From Felis catus (taxonomy: Eukaryota): a DNA stretch of 64,000 nucleotides. The notes under the pieces are model-generated. The model was not told the DNA's origin. It was given only the letters and a program-made list of their open reading frames with translations, and did not search any database. Positions 50,888-64,000 of the stretch are shown in pieces. Positions within the stretch are counted from its first letter, which is position 1. Each line of letters begins with the position of its first letter. Made by a program: the position numbers and the translations under genes. The stretch lies in NCBI RefSeq assembly GCF_018350175.1, contig NC_058368.1, positions 140,122,001 to 140,186,000 on the forward strand, given 5' to 3'.

Positions 50888-52389
50888 GAGAATATTTCAT
50901 TGTAAAATTATTCATCAGAAAGAGGTTTTACTTGTATGGCTCCTGGGACTTTTGGGCGATTCCTTTTAAAATAATGGGAATGATTACAAGAGAAGAAGGA
51001 AAAAAGGCGTCTAACATGTGCTGGGTTCTTAGCACATGCCAGCCGTGCTTCTAGGCAACCTGTTACTAGTTTTTATCACGCCTGAGTCCAGACCACCATC
51101 TTCACTTGATTGGAATAATGCAATAGCTTTATTACAGAGCCTTGGCTTTCAGTTTTGTCTGTCTTCAATACATTATAGGTTTGTAAAACAAAAAGACTGC
51201 ATCTATTTTCATGTTAAACATCAGCAGTGGCTCCGCATTGCCTTAAGATCAATGAGCAATTCCTTACTAAGGCCACAGTGAATTTCCTCAGTTCCTTGAT
51301 GGCAGGGTCCTCTCCTCTGCCTCCTCTGAACCTTTTCACCTGCCTCAAGGCTCTCCCCTTCATCCTTCCCTCCACAGCTCACCTAGATAACTCCCATTCA
51401 TCCTTCAGAATTTACCTAGCAGTAGTCTCCTTAGGGAAGTCTCCCATTCCAATGGGCAGCTGGTGCACCTTCTACTTACATAGTGATAACACTTGTTACT
51501 CTCTTTTGTGAATGCTCATTTCCTTGTCTGTCTTCTTGAGGGTCTGCCCTGGTGGATTCAGCAGGTGACACGAGGTCTACCATAATCAAGAAATGTTTGT
51601 GGGGTAGATCAGGAGGCAGTAATGCATTTTCGAAATTAAAAAGCTCATGCCTAAAGAACGTATGTTACTTGCTCAAGGTCACAGAACTATAAATAGTGGA
51701 TTTATAGTGGAAAAACCCAGGTTTTCTCCATATACCAAGGGAATCTGTGTGTTCTATGGAGCTGTGTGAGAGCATTACATAGACTTGTTTGACTTAGACA
51801 GTCTCCTTATAGCCTTGCTGAGAGATGTTCAATAAATGTTCATTATTAATCCAACAGGAAACAAGACTCTGACTTTAGCAGTCTCTTTCGTTAATGTAGT
51901 TCTGTGATGATCATCAGCAGCCTAGGATTGCCAAGGCTCGAGTCCTCTCTGTTCATAGCCAGCGAAACCTTAGCATTTGAAAGATCTAGATTTTGTTTTT
52001 TATTAGTTTGATTCATTAATATTCCATTAGACATTTCCACAAGTGCTTTTGGTATGCTTCACTGCCTCCCTCCACCCCCATTCTGTTATAATGTCAGGCT
52101 GCAAAACCATATAGGGATGTATAAAAAACTATGGAGTGTGTAATAATGCATCATTGAAACTGCTGAAATATTCAGTATGTTGTCTAATGGATTTCTAAAA
52201 TTACACCACCTTTGATTTATTATTTACCATTCATTTAGTCCTCATGTGTTTTTTGTAGTCACTGAAATGCAAAGTGGACATAGAGAGGAATTTTGTTATA
52301 TTCTTTATCTGCATGCCTAATTTTAAGTTTATTCCTAATTTCATGACTTGGTAGATAGCAACACATTTTTTTCTTGGGCATATAGAAAT

Positions 52390-52601
52390 CAAAAAAAAAT
52401 TTTTAATGTTTATTTATTTTTGGGAGAGAGAAAGAGAGAGCGTGAACAAGTGAGCAGCAGAGAGAGAGGGAAACACAGGACCCAAAGCAGGCTGCAGGCT
52501 CTGAGCTGTCAGCATAGAGCCTGATAGGGGGCTCGAACCCACGAACCGCGAGATCATGACCTGAGCAGAAGTTGGACGCCTGACAGCCACCCACGCGCCC
52601 C
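52390..52601 (-). mobile_element. CanSINE
   Basis: TSD tgggcata on both sides. Confidence 0.93.
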
Positions 52602-53049
52602 TGGGCATAGAGCAATTTAAAGGAAAATTATGAAACAAGCTGTTTCAGATAGTATAATGCTGAAATTCTTTTAAAATGTTATTGGCCCTTCACTATGTAT
52701 CTTAAATGGGTATATCACGGTTGTAGCAAAGAAAGCTAAAGTTTGTTTTGTTTTGTTTTTTCCTTCAGATCCTTTACTGTTATCAGTTATGGCCAATGTA
52801 GCTGGTTTGCATGCCTGCCTGTGGCATATAATCTTCACTGGGCAGGTGCATGCTCTTATACTACCTATATTAAGTTGGATTAACAAACTATTAATAATAG
52901 CAAATATTTGTTATTGTGTGGGTTCGGTTATAGCACCTAAGCTATTTTTATACACTGTCTCATTTACTCTTCACAATTCTATGTCAGTACAATTAAATTT
53001 TAATGTGTTTTCGGGTGAATTCTACTAAACATTTGAAAAGAAATAATAC

Positions 53050-56000
53050 TGACTCTACATAAGCTCTTTTAGAATATAGCAAAGATGGATACACTTTCCA
53101 ACTCATTTTATGAGGAAAGAATTACCCTACTCCTAAAACTAGATAAAGATGTTACAAGGAAACAAGGCTTCAACCAGTATCCTTCCTGAACATAGACAAA
53201 AACAACACAGTACTAGCAAATTGAATCCAGAAATTTATAAAAAGCGTAATATATAATAGTCAACTTTATCCTGGGAATACAAAGCTGTTTCAACATTTGA
53301 AAATCAGTCAATGTAATTTATCATATGACCAGTCTAATAGATGCAGAAAATCCATTTGATAAAATTTAGCGTTCATTTATGATTTTTTTAAGTTTATTTA
53401 TTTATTTTTGAGAGAGAGAAAGAGAGCACAAGTGGGGAATGAACAGAGAAGAGACAGAGAGAATCCAAAGCAGGCTCTGCACTACCAGCACAGAGCCTGA
53501 TGTGGGGCTCGAACTCAAGAACTGTGAGTTTATGACCTGAGCTGAAATCAAGAGTCGGGCACTTAACCAACTGAGCCACCCAGATGCCCTCATGTATGCT
53601 TTTTAACAAACTCTCAGCAGGGTCAGAATAAAAGGGAACTTCTTATAAAGGGCATTTACAAAAACCTTATAGTTAAAATAATATTTAATGATGAATGGTC
53701 AGGTGCCTGCATGGCTCAGTTGGTTAAGCATCCGACTCTTGATTTCAGCTCAGGTCGTGATCTCACCATTTGTGAGACTGAGCCCCATGTAAGGCTCTGT
53801 GCTGACAGCATAGAGCCTGCTTGGGATTCTCTCTCTCCCTCTTTCTCTCTCGCTGCCTCTTCCTCTCTGTTTCCAAATAAATAAAAATTTAAAAAATTTT
53901 AAAATATTTAATGATGAGGGGCGCCTGGGTGGCGCAGTCGGTTAAGTGTCCGACTTCAGCCAGGTCACGATCTCGCGGTCCGTGAGTTCGAGCCCCGCGT
54001 CAGGCTCTGGGCTGATGGCTCGGAGCCTGGAGCCTGTTTCCGATTCTGTGTCTCCCTCTCTCTCTGCCCCTCCCCCGTTCATGCTCTGTCTCTCTCTGTC
54101 CCCAAAATAAATAAAAAACGTTGAAAAAAAATTAAAAAAAAATTAATGATGAATGGTTGAATGCTTTTCCATTAATTCTAGGAACTAGGCAAGGATTTCT
54201 ACTTTAACCATTCCTATTCAAAATTATGCTAGAAACCATAACCAATGAATAAAGCAAGAAAAAGAAGTAAAAGGATTGCAGATTAAAAAGAAAAAACCAG
54301 AACTGTCTTTACTAACAGATTATGTAGTTATACAGCTGGAAAGTCCCAAATAATCCACATAAAAAGTTACTAAAACTAGTTTACAAAAATCAGTCATGTT
54401 CTTAGATGCTAGCAATAGACGCTTGGAATTCAAATTTTTTAAAAATTACTAAATTTTAATAGGTCACAAAAAGAAATACTTCTAAATCTAGGAAAATGTA
54501 GAGTATTTTTATGCTGAAGGTATAAATTACTGATGAAGGAAATCAAAGATCTAAATAAATGGAGAGCTTTCCTGTGTTTATAGACTGGAACACTCAATGT
54601 TGTAAAGACATCAGTTGCCCTCAGACTAATTTATAGATTCAGTACATCCCAATCAAAATTCTAGCTGATTTTTAAAAATATATATGAATCAACAAACTGA
54701 CTCTAAAATGTATATAGAAAGACAAGGGAACTAGAATAACCAGAACTTTGAACAAGAAGAGACTGGAAGGATTCACATTACTTGACTTCAAGATTGACTC
54801 TAAAGCTACAGGAATCAAAACTGTTGTATCGGCAAGAGGATAGACATACAGGAAATGGGGAGGGTGGATGCTGGGGCGGAGTGTTTGAGTGGCTCATTTG
54901 GTTAAGCATCCAACTCTTGATTTCAGCTCAGCTCATAATCTCACAGTTGGTGAGTCGAGCCCCACATGGGCTCTGCACTGACAGCCCAGGGCCTGCCTGG
55001 AATTCTCTCTTCCTCTGTCTCTGCCCTTCCCCTGCTTGTGCACGCTCTCTGTCTCTCCAAATAAATAAATAAACATTAAAAAAAAAAGAAAATGGAAAAG
55101 AATAGAGATCCTAGAAATAGACCCATATGTATATGACCAATTGATTTTCAAAAAAGGTGCAGAGGCAAGTCAATGGAGAAAGAACAGTCTTTTAGACAAA
55201 TGGTACTCAAATCTTTGGATATCCAAGTGCAAAAGACAAAACAAACAAACAAAAAACAACTCCCCCAAAACAAAACTACATCTTTATCCATACCTTTACA
55301 CTGTATGCAAAAATTAACTCCAAATGTATTATAGAGGTAATTGTAAAACATTAAACTATAAATCTCCTGGAAGAAAGTGTAAAAGAAAATACTTGGGATT
55401 TGAGGAAATATTTCTTTAAAAAATATATTTTTTAAAGTTTATTTATTTTTGAGAGAGAGACAGAGTGTAAGTGGAGGAGGGGCAGAGAAAGAGGAGGACA
55501 CAGAATTCGAAGCAGGCTCCAGGCTCTGAGCTGTCAGCCCAGAGCCCGACGCGGGGTTCCAACTCATGAACTGTGAGATCATGACCTGAGCCAAAATCAG
55601 ATGCTTAACGGACTGAGCCACCCATATGCCCCTAGGAAAAGGTTTCTTAAATGTGAAATCAAAAGGATGGTCCATAAAAGAAAAACTTGACAAATTAGAC
55701 TTTGTCAAAATTAAGACCTTACATTTGAACACTTTTAAGAAAGTGAAAATCAAGCCATACACTGGGAGACGTATTTGCAAAATCCTTATTGAATAAAGGA
55801 CTTACATGAATAATATATAAATAACTTTAAAAACTCACAAAGTAGAAAACAACCCAGTAAAAAATGGGCAAGATATTTGAATAGACACTTCACTAGAGAA
55901 GATATGTGAACCGCAAATGAGCACAAGAAAAGATGTTCAGCATCATTTCTCATTAGGGCGATGCACGTTAAAGCTACAGGTGTGTTTGTTGTCCACCTCA

Positions 56001-56760
56001 TTCATATACATGGGAATTTATTATATAGTATTTTCATTTATGAAATAAATTTTCATTTATTTTCATTTATGGGAGGTTAATACCGGGGTAGATTGAGGTT
56101 TACTCCCACTAGAGTAAAAAAATAAAAAATAAAAACTGACAATACCAAATGCTAACAAAGACCCAGAACCCTGGAACTTATACATTGCTGGTGGAAATGC
56201 AAAATGGTACTTAGGATTAGCAGTTTCTTATAAAGTTTAATATCTATTCATTATATGGTCCATTGGGTCCTCATCCTAGATATTTGTCCAAGTGAAGTGA
56301 AAACTCATGTTTACCCAGAAGCCTCTATGTGAATGTTTCTATAGGCCTTATTCATATCTCCAAAAGTTGGAAGCATCCCAAATGTCTCTCAACTGGTAAA
56401 TGAATAAACAAATTTTGGTTCATTTATATAATGGAATTCTCAATAATAAAAAAGGAACAAACTAATGATCAGTGCAACAAGGATTAATCTTAAATGCATG
56501 ATGCTAAGTGAAAGCAGCCAGATAAGAATCTACATACTATATGATTATATTTATATGCCATTGTGGAAATAGCAAAATAAAATAAAAGTTCCTGGGCCTG
56601 AAGTCAAGGGAAAGTTGACGGCACATGGACCTGAGAGGTTTTTGGGGTGAGAGAAACTGTTCCATATCCTGACTGTGATGTGTTGATATTTGTCAAACAT
56701 GCAGAAGTATACACAAAAAGGGGCGAATTTTACTGCATGAAAATTATACCTTAACAAAAG
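53050..56760 (+). mobile_element. Older L1 (L1M-type) ORF2 + 3' UTR, interrupted by five CanSINEs (53383-53590 -, 53700-53900 +, 53918-54140 +, 54872-55088 +, 55415-55632 -)
   Basis: Degenerate ORF2 from aactcattttatgagg through atagatgcagaaaa and gacttcaaga to 3' end aaattataccttaacaaa. Confidence 0.88.
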
Positions 56761-57300
56761 ATTTTAAAAACAATTTAACGTGTTGCCTCTCCAGGTTACT
56801 TTTCCACATCATCAAAATTTGTTTCTGACTTGGTTTCCCTGCCTTTGGCGACCCCTATCCTTCTTTTAAGTAACTGGCTCTTTTCCCAGTTGCCCCCCAG
56901 TGCTCTCTTAATGGACTCTAGCTCCTGCTAATTGACTCTGGCTCCACTAGGCACTGTCCTCCGCTGATCAAATGGGCACAATTCACTTCCCCAGAGCCAA
57001 CCTGGAGCAAACCCTGTGTTTTGATCTCATTATACTCTGCACCACACCAGTGAATGGTAGTTTCTTATTCTTCACCCGTTTACCAGAAGAGGGTAGATGC
57101 CTTTCCCCTTTCTCCTTTCGTGTGTTTGCTTCCACAGGCTCGCCTGTGCCACTGAATGATGATGTCCAGTTTTCTTGTTCTTTATCTAGGTTTTTAGTAT
57201 ACATACAATGTGCCTATTGTCCATTTAGTGCATGAAGATGGGAAACTTATTGAGTGGTATTTTCACTCATGGGAGACTAAAGTTGCGATTCTCTAAACAC

Positions 57301-57496
57301 TTTTTTTGAGAGAGGGAGGGAGGGAGGGAGAGAGAGAGAGAGAGAACATGTACTCGTGAGCAGGGGAGGGGCAGAGGGAGAGAAAGAATCTCAAGCAGGC
57401 TCCACGCCTAGCATGGAGCCTACACAGGGCTTGATCTCACAACTATGAGATCATGACCTGAGACAAAATCCAGAGATTGAGACACCCAAGTGCCCC
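57301..57496 (-). mobile_element. CanSINE
   Basis: TSD ctaaaca on both sides; (GA)n tract. Confidence 0.9.
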
Positions 57497-57875
57497 TAAA
57501 CAGTTCTGATAGTTGGAAGTCACGGTGCTCTTCCTGCAACACTGTAAACATATTGATATATTAAGCTTAACCTAAATAAACCTGTGGGTTGGTTCTAAGT
57601 CAGACCCTATACCAGATTCTAGTAATGATAAGCCATATTAAATGCTAGTGGTATAAGAAAAGATTAATAAAGAAAAAGTTAAAATGAGAAGATTACAGCC
57701 ACCACTTTTCTTCTTTTGTGAAATGAAAAATGGTTGCCTTCTGTTGTAGTAGCAGAATGTCTCTGTCCAGTGCATCAGTATTTAAATAGGAGAAGAATCT
57801 GGTGAGTAGTGGAGCCTTAATACCAGGTATTCTTACAATTAATCTTCTTTTTGGGGAGTTGCAGCAGATTATGAT

Positions 57876-58012
57876 TAGGGCCAACATATAATTTATTGTC
57901 CAGATGAGGGCGTTTTTAGTTTAAAAGAGATTAGGGTACTATTGACAATTATTGCAGGGTATCAGGTATAAACTAGGACTGTCTCAGGAATGTGGGATAT
58001 ATGGTGATCCTA
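57876..58012. mobile_element. MER94-like hAT-Blackjack MITE
   Basis: Termini tagggccaacatat ... atatggtgatccta resemble TAGGGTGACCATA TIRs. Confidence 0.7.
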
Positions 58013-58232
58013 ATTACACGGCAGAAGTATACTATACAGATACTGAATAATTATTCACGTTCACTTTTAAGATGTTTAAAAGTGGGTATATAAGCAGTTC
58101 TTCATCTGTTTTTCTTCATGAATTTTATGGCACACTGCTATGAGCATTCTCAGCTATAATTCCTGGACAACACTATAATTCTGCTCTTTTTTTTCCTATT
58201 CAAGCTATAACAGAATGCAAATGAATATGAGT

Positions 58233-61200
58233 TGATACTTCTCAAATTTTACTGTGCATGCAAATCACCTGAGGATCTTGTTAAAATGCAAATTCTGATT
58301 CAGTAGGTCTGGGGTGGGACCTGAGCTTGTGCGTTTCTTTCTTTTTTTTTTTTTTTTGTGGTTACATTTTTTTTAATTTTCATTTTTTTAATAATTTACA
58401 TCCAAATTAGTTAGCATATATTCCAACACTATAGGAATAGATTCCTTAGTACTCCCTACCCATTTAGCCCATCCCCCCTCCCACAACCCCTCCAGTAACC
58501 CTGTTTGTTCTCCATATTTGAGTCTCTTCTGTTTTGTGCCCCTCCCTGTTTTTATGTTATTTTTGTGTCCCTTCCCTTATGTTCATCTGTTTTGTGTCTT
58601 AAAGTCCTCATATTGAAGTCATATGATGTTTGCCTTTCTCTGACTGATTAATTTCACTTAGCATAATACCCTCCAGTTCCGTCCACATAGTTGCAAATGG
58701 CAAGATTTCGTTCTTTTTGATTGCCCAGTCATACTCCATTGTATATAGGTACCACATCTTCTTTATCCATTCATCCATTGATGGACATTTGGGCTCTTTC
58801 CATACTTTGGCTATTGTGGATAGTGTTGCTGTAAACATGGGGGTGCATGTGTCCCTTCAAAACAGCACACCTGTATCCCCATGGATAAATGCCTAGTAGT
58901 GCAATTGCTGGGCCGTAGGGTAGTTCTATTTTTAGTTTTTTGAGGAACCTCCATACTGTTTTCCAGAGTGGCTGCACCAGTTTGCATTCCCACCAACAAT
59001 GTAAAAGAGATCCTCTTTCTCCACATCCTTGCCAACATCTGTTTTTGCCTGAGTTGTTAATGTTAGCCATTCTGACAGGTGTGAGGTGGTATCTCATTGT
59101 GGTTTTGATTTGTATTTCCCTGATGATGAGTGAAGTTGAGCATTTTTTCATGTGTTGGTTGGCCATCTGGGTGTCTTCTTTGGAGAAGTGTCTATTCATG
59201 TCTGTTGCCCATTTCTTCATAGGATTATTGTTTTTTGGTTGTTGAGTTTAATATGTTCTGTATAGATTTTGGATACTAACCCTTTATCTGATATGTCGTT
59301 TGCAAATATCTTCTCCCATTCTGTCGGTTGCCTTTTAGTTTTGCCGATTGTTTCCTTTGCTGTGCATAAGCTTTTTATCTTGATGCGGTCCCAATAGTTC
59401 ATTTTTGCTTTTGTTTCTCTTGCCTTCAGAGACATCTTGAGTAAGAAGTTGCTGTGGCCAAGATCATAGAGGTTTTTGCCTGCTTTCTCCTCAAGGATTT
59501 TGATGGCTTCTTGTCTTACATTTATATCTTTCATCCATTTTGAGTTTATTTTTGTGTTTGGTGTAAGAAAATGGTCCAGGTTCATTCTTCTGCATGTCGT
59601 TGTCCAGTTTTCGGAGCACCACTTGCTGAAGAGACTGTCTTTATTCCATTGGATATTCTTTCCTGCTTTGTCAAAGATTAGTTGGCCATACGTTTGTGGG
59701 TCCATTTCTGGGTTTTCTATTCTGTTCCATTGACCTGAATGTCTGTTTTTGTGCCAGTACCATACTGTCTTGATTATTACAGCTTTGTAGTAGAGCTTGA
59801 AGTCTGGGATTGTGATGCCTCCTGCTTTGGTTTTCTTTTTCAAGATTGCTTTGGCTATTCAGGGTCGTTTCTGGTTTCAGACAAATTTTAGGATTATTTG
59901 TTCTAGCTCTGTGAAGAATACTGGTGTTATTTTGATAGGGATTGCATTGAATATGTAGATTGCTTTGGGTAGTATTGACATTTTAAAAATATTTGTTCTT
60001 CCCTATCCAGGAGCATAGAATCTTTTTCCTTTTTTTGGTGTCTTTTTCAATTTCTTTCATAAGCTTTCTATAGTTTTCAGTGCATAGATTTTTCACCTCT
60101 TTGATTAGATTTATTCCTGGGTATTTTATGGTTTTTGGTGCAATTGTAAATGGGATTGATTCTTTGATTTCTCTTTCTGTTGCTTCATTGTTTGACCTCC
60201 TCCTGGCCGATTTGGATGCCTTTTATTTCTTTGTGTTGTCTGATTGCAGAGGTTAAGACTTCCAATACCATGTTGAATAACAGTGGTGAGAGTGGACATC
60301 CCTGTCTTGTTCCTGACATCAGGGGGAAAGCTCTGTTATTCCCCATTGAGGATGATATTAACATTGGGTCATTTATATATGGCTTCATGATCTCAAGGTG
60401 TGCTCCTTCTATCCCTACTTTCTTCAGGGTTTTTATCAAGACAAGATGCTATATTTTGTCAAATGCTTTCTCTGCATCTATTGAGAGGACCCTATTGAGA
60501 GGTTCTTGTCCTTTCTTTTATTGATGTGATGAATCACGTTAATTGTTTTGCAGATATTGAGCCAGCCCTGCATCCTAGGTATAAATCCCACTTGGTCATG
60601 GTGAATAATTTTTTTAATGTATTGTTGGATCCGGTTGGCTAATATCTTGTTGAGGATTTTTGCATCCATGTTCATCAGGGAAATTGGTCTCTAGTTCTCC
60701 CTTTTTGTGGGGTCTCTGTCTGGTTTTGGAATCAAGGTAATGCTGGCTTCATAGCAAGAGTTTGGAAGTTTTCCCTCCTATTCCTTAAATGTTTGGTAGA
60801 ATTCCCCCCGAAAGCCATCTGGCCCTGGACTCTTGTTTTTTGGGAGATTTTTGATTACTAATTCGATTTCCTTACTGGCTATGGGTCTGTTCACATGTTC
60901 TATTTCTTCCTGTTTCAGTGTTGGTAATGTATATGTTTCTAGGAATTTGTGCATTTCTTCCAGGTTTCCCATTTTATTGGCATATAATTGCTCATAATAT
61001 CCTCTTATTATTGTTTTTATTTCTGCTGTGTTGGTTGTGATCTCTCTTCTTTCATTCTTGATTTGATTTATTTGGGTCCTTTCCTTTTTCTTTTTGATCA
61101 AACTGGCTAGTGGTTTATCAATTTTATTAATCCTTTCAAAGAACCAGCTTCTGGTTTCATTGATCTGTTCTACTGTTTCTTTGGTTTTGACTGGTTTCTT

Positions 61201-62466
61201 TGCTCTAATCTTTATTATTTCCTGTCTTCTGCTGGTTTTGGGTTTTATTTGCTGTTATTTTTCCAGCTCCTTAAGACATAAGATCAGGTTATGTGTCTGA
61301 GATCTTTCTTCCTTCTTTAGGAAGGCCTGGATTGCTATATACTTTCCTCTTATGACCACCTTTGCTGCATCCCAGAGGTTTTGGGTTGTGGTGTTATCAT
61401 TTTCATTGGCTTCCATATACTTTTTAATTTCCTCTTTAACTTCTTGGTTAACTTCATTCATTCTTTAGTAGGATGTTCCTTAGTCTCCAAGTATTTGTTA
61501 CCTTTCCAAATTTTTTCTTGTGGTTGATTTCGAGTTTCATAGCATTGTGGCTTGAAAATATGCAGGATATCATCTCGATCTTTTTGTACTTGCTTAGGGC
61601 TAATTTGTGTCCCAGTATATGGTCTATTCTGGAGAATGTTCCATGTGCACTGGAGAAGAATGTATATTCTGCTGCTTTAGGATGAAATGTTCTGAATATA
61701 TCTGTTAAGTCCATCTGGTCCAATGTGTCATTCAAAGCCATTGTTTCCTTGTTGATTTTTTGACTAGATGATCTGTCCATTGCTGTGTGTGGGGTGTTGA
61801 AGTCTGCTACTATTATGGTATTACTATCAATGAGTTTCTTTATGTTTGTGATTAATGGATTTATATATTTGGGTGCTCCCACTTTTGGCACATAAATGTT
61901 TACAATTGTTAGGTCTTCTTGGTCTATAGACCCCTTGATTATGATATAATGCCCTTCTACATCTCTTGATACAGTCTTCATTTTAAAGTCTAGATTGTCT
62001 GATATAAGTATGGCTACTCTGGCTTTCTTTTGTTGACCATTAGCATGATAGATGGTTCTCCATCCCCTTATTTTCAATCTGTAGGTGTCTTTAGGTCTAA
62101 AGTGGGTCTCTTGTAAACAGCATATAGATGGATCTTGTTTTCTTATACATTCTGTTACCTTATGTCTTTTGATTGGAGCATTGAGTCCATTGACATTTAG
62201 GGTGAGTACTGAAAGATATGAATTTAATGCCATTATGATGCTTGTAGAGTTGGAGTTTCTGGTGGTATTCTCTGGTCCTTTCTAATCTTTGTTGCTTTTG
62301 GTATGTGTGAATGTATGTATGTATGTATTTATATTTTCATCTTTTCTCCCCTCAGAGAGTCTCCCTTAAAATTTCTTGCAGGGCTGGTTTAGTGGTCTGA
62401 GCTTGTGCATTTCTAACAAGTTCCCAGGTAATGCTGATACTGCTGGACCAGTCTTTGAGAAGCAAG
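58233..62466 (+). mobile_element. MER5A split by L1 insertion (arms 58233-58338 and 62397-62466)
   Basis: aatcacctgaggatcttgttaaaatgcaaattctgattcagtaggtctggggtggg|...|tgcatttctaacaagttcccaggtaatgctgat. Confidence 0.9.
58339..62396 (-). mobile_element. Felid L1, about 4.06 kb: ORF1 tail, ORF2 (endonuclease open, RT disrupted), 3' UTR
   Basis: ORF1 end TKPALQEILRETL* (stop 62352-62354); ORF2 ATG 62233; TSD ctgagcttgtgc(g/a)tttct at 58321-58338 and 62397-62414. Confidence 0.97.
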
Positions 62467-62905
62467 CCTTGAAGGGAAACCTTTGAAAGTCACTAGCCAG
62501 TTTGGGAACTTGGATTGTTGGTAACACAAAGCACCCGATTGTTCATATGATGGCTAGATACTCAAGTACTGAGACACTCCAATGGAGATCTGTTGGTTCA
62601 TGGTAATTAAATGTTTTGGTCCAATAAAAAGAGTGGGAAAAAATTCACTCTACACTTCTTGATGAGCTCTATGTAGCCAAAGGCAGATAAGACCATTCAC
62701 TGCTTCTCTTCAGTATAAGAAAACTTGAAGGAAATAGGTATATTCTCCACAAAAAAGAGAAAATGAATGGGTTTTTGTGAGAAGTTTCTCTTAAAGTAAT
62801 TTTAGAGAAAATGTTTTTATGTTTCAGATATTAAATGAGATGTGACTTCTGGTGTAACCTTACATTGCAGGTTGCTAACTCTCACCAAATGGAAATGGTT
62901 ACTTT

Positions 62906-62907
<2 letters not shown>

Positions 62908-62953
<46 letters not shown>
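62908..62953. repeat. (AC)n microsatellite
   Basis: Direct reading. Confidence 0.95.
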
Positions 62954-62955
<2 letters not shown>

Positions 62956-63112
62956 AACAGATTCTACTAGAAGTCCTTTCTCTCCCTTTAGATTATTTTC
63001 CAGTGTTACCAAATTTAGTGAATTTCTTCTGTGATATTTATCAGCGGGCAGCATACTATTCCAAATTAAGATATTTAATACCCAACCTTATTGTTCTTAT
63101 TGTTTCTAACAG

Positions 63113-63176
63113 GTTTGTTTGTTTTGTTTTGTTTTGCTTTGTTTTGTTTTGTTTTGTTTTGTTTTGTTTTGTTTTT
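63113..63176. repeat. (GTTTT)n pentanucleotide repeat
   Basis: Direct reading. Confidence 0.92.
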
Positions 63177-64000
63177 ACCAGAAATATGTTCTAGAGGAAT
63201 TCTAGTTAGATGAAATGTCCCCACATCTATTTAGCACAGTGTAGAGGAAGTTCTGCTGCATGGTTTTGGAATCTGAAAAATAAATCACAAATGTAAAAAG
63301 TCAAATTGCTGAACATATAGAAACCCAAGACAAAGAAGTTAGGACTCTATATTTCCTCCTAGAGCTAAATTAGATTAATGGCCTGTCTAAAACTGAATTA
63401 TTATATGCATTATTCATATTATTATCCCCTTCTATCAGTTTTGGACACATGAAGATATATACTAAGTGCTTTCTGATTCTGTTTTACTGTTTCTTTTGGA
63501 CACACTGACTAGTTAATTTCTAATAAATAAATTTGATGTCGAATAAATAACAAGCAACAGTGAAAGACAACTGAGGCATTTTCTTGCAAATTTGACTTTC
63601 TGTGTTTTAGTTTCCTATTAGTTTATACATTTGTTTAGCACTGTTACTTTTCTGTGAAAAATACAAACTCTTTTATAGAGCACAAAAGGAGTGATGCCAG
63701 TATTGAAGTAAAATCTTCAACTAATTTCCATGATCAAAATTCATAGTGATTGCACAATAACACTGATAAGCATACGTGCTAGTTCTAGTAGTTAGGTAAT
63801 ATAAGTAAAAAGCTGACAGTTTTTAAAAGATTTTTTATGTCAACATTTTAATTAATAGATGAAGAAAACAAATCAAAGCTGTTAAAACACTTGCCTAACT
63901 ATACAAGTAGTTATTGACAAAGATGGTCTTGGAATTCAAACTTCCTTCATAGTTCAGTACTGTTTTTATATTGTCTTCTCATTATTTTTATTTTGTATTT

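Noticed and set aside
1..64000. CRISPR arrays, rRNA, operons or other prokaryotic systems
   Set aside because: Sequence is clearly mammalian; no spaced direct-repeat array or rRNA-like sequence seen.

Overview
Mammalian genomic DNA of felid type (carnivore CanSINE/SINEC_Fc SINEs and carnivore L1s; most likely cat or a close relative). About half the window is transposon-derived: about 25 SINEs, 8-9 L1 pieces, MIR, MaLR-type LTR and hAT MER fossils. I found no convincing protein-coding exon of a host gene. A CpG island of about 3.2 kb (about 30.7-33.9 kb) carries a probable non-coding first exon of a + strand gene with a GTGAGT donor at 32086, so the right half of the window is probably a long first intron. 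The most interesting signal is absent from the ORF track: a heavily decayed Ty3/gypsy (sushi-ichi/RTL-like) retrotransposon fossil on the + strand at about 23.07-24.48 kb. Protease-, RT- (including YxDD) and integrase-like motifs can be read in the correct gypsy order across frameshifts. Other notable items: a twin-primed 5'-inverted L1 with an exact 19-bp TSD, a triple-nested SINE/SINE/L1 insertion, a 4-kb L1 splitting a MER5A, an intact (CG)10-(TG)11 tract at the island edge, and a non-repetitive block at 16.1-16.9 kb with long overlapping ORFs. Repeat family names come from recognition of consensus motifs, not from a database search.
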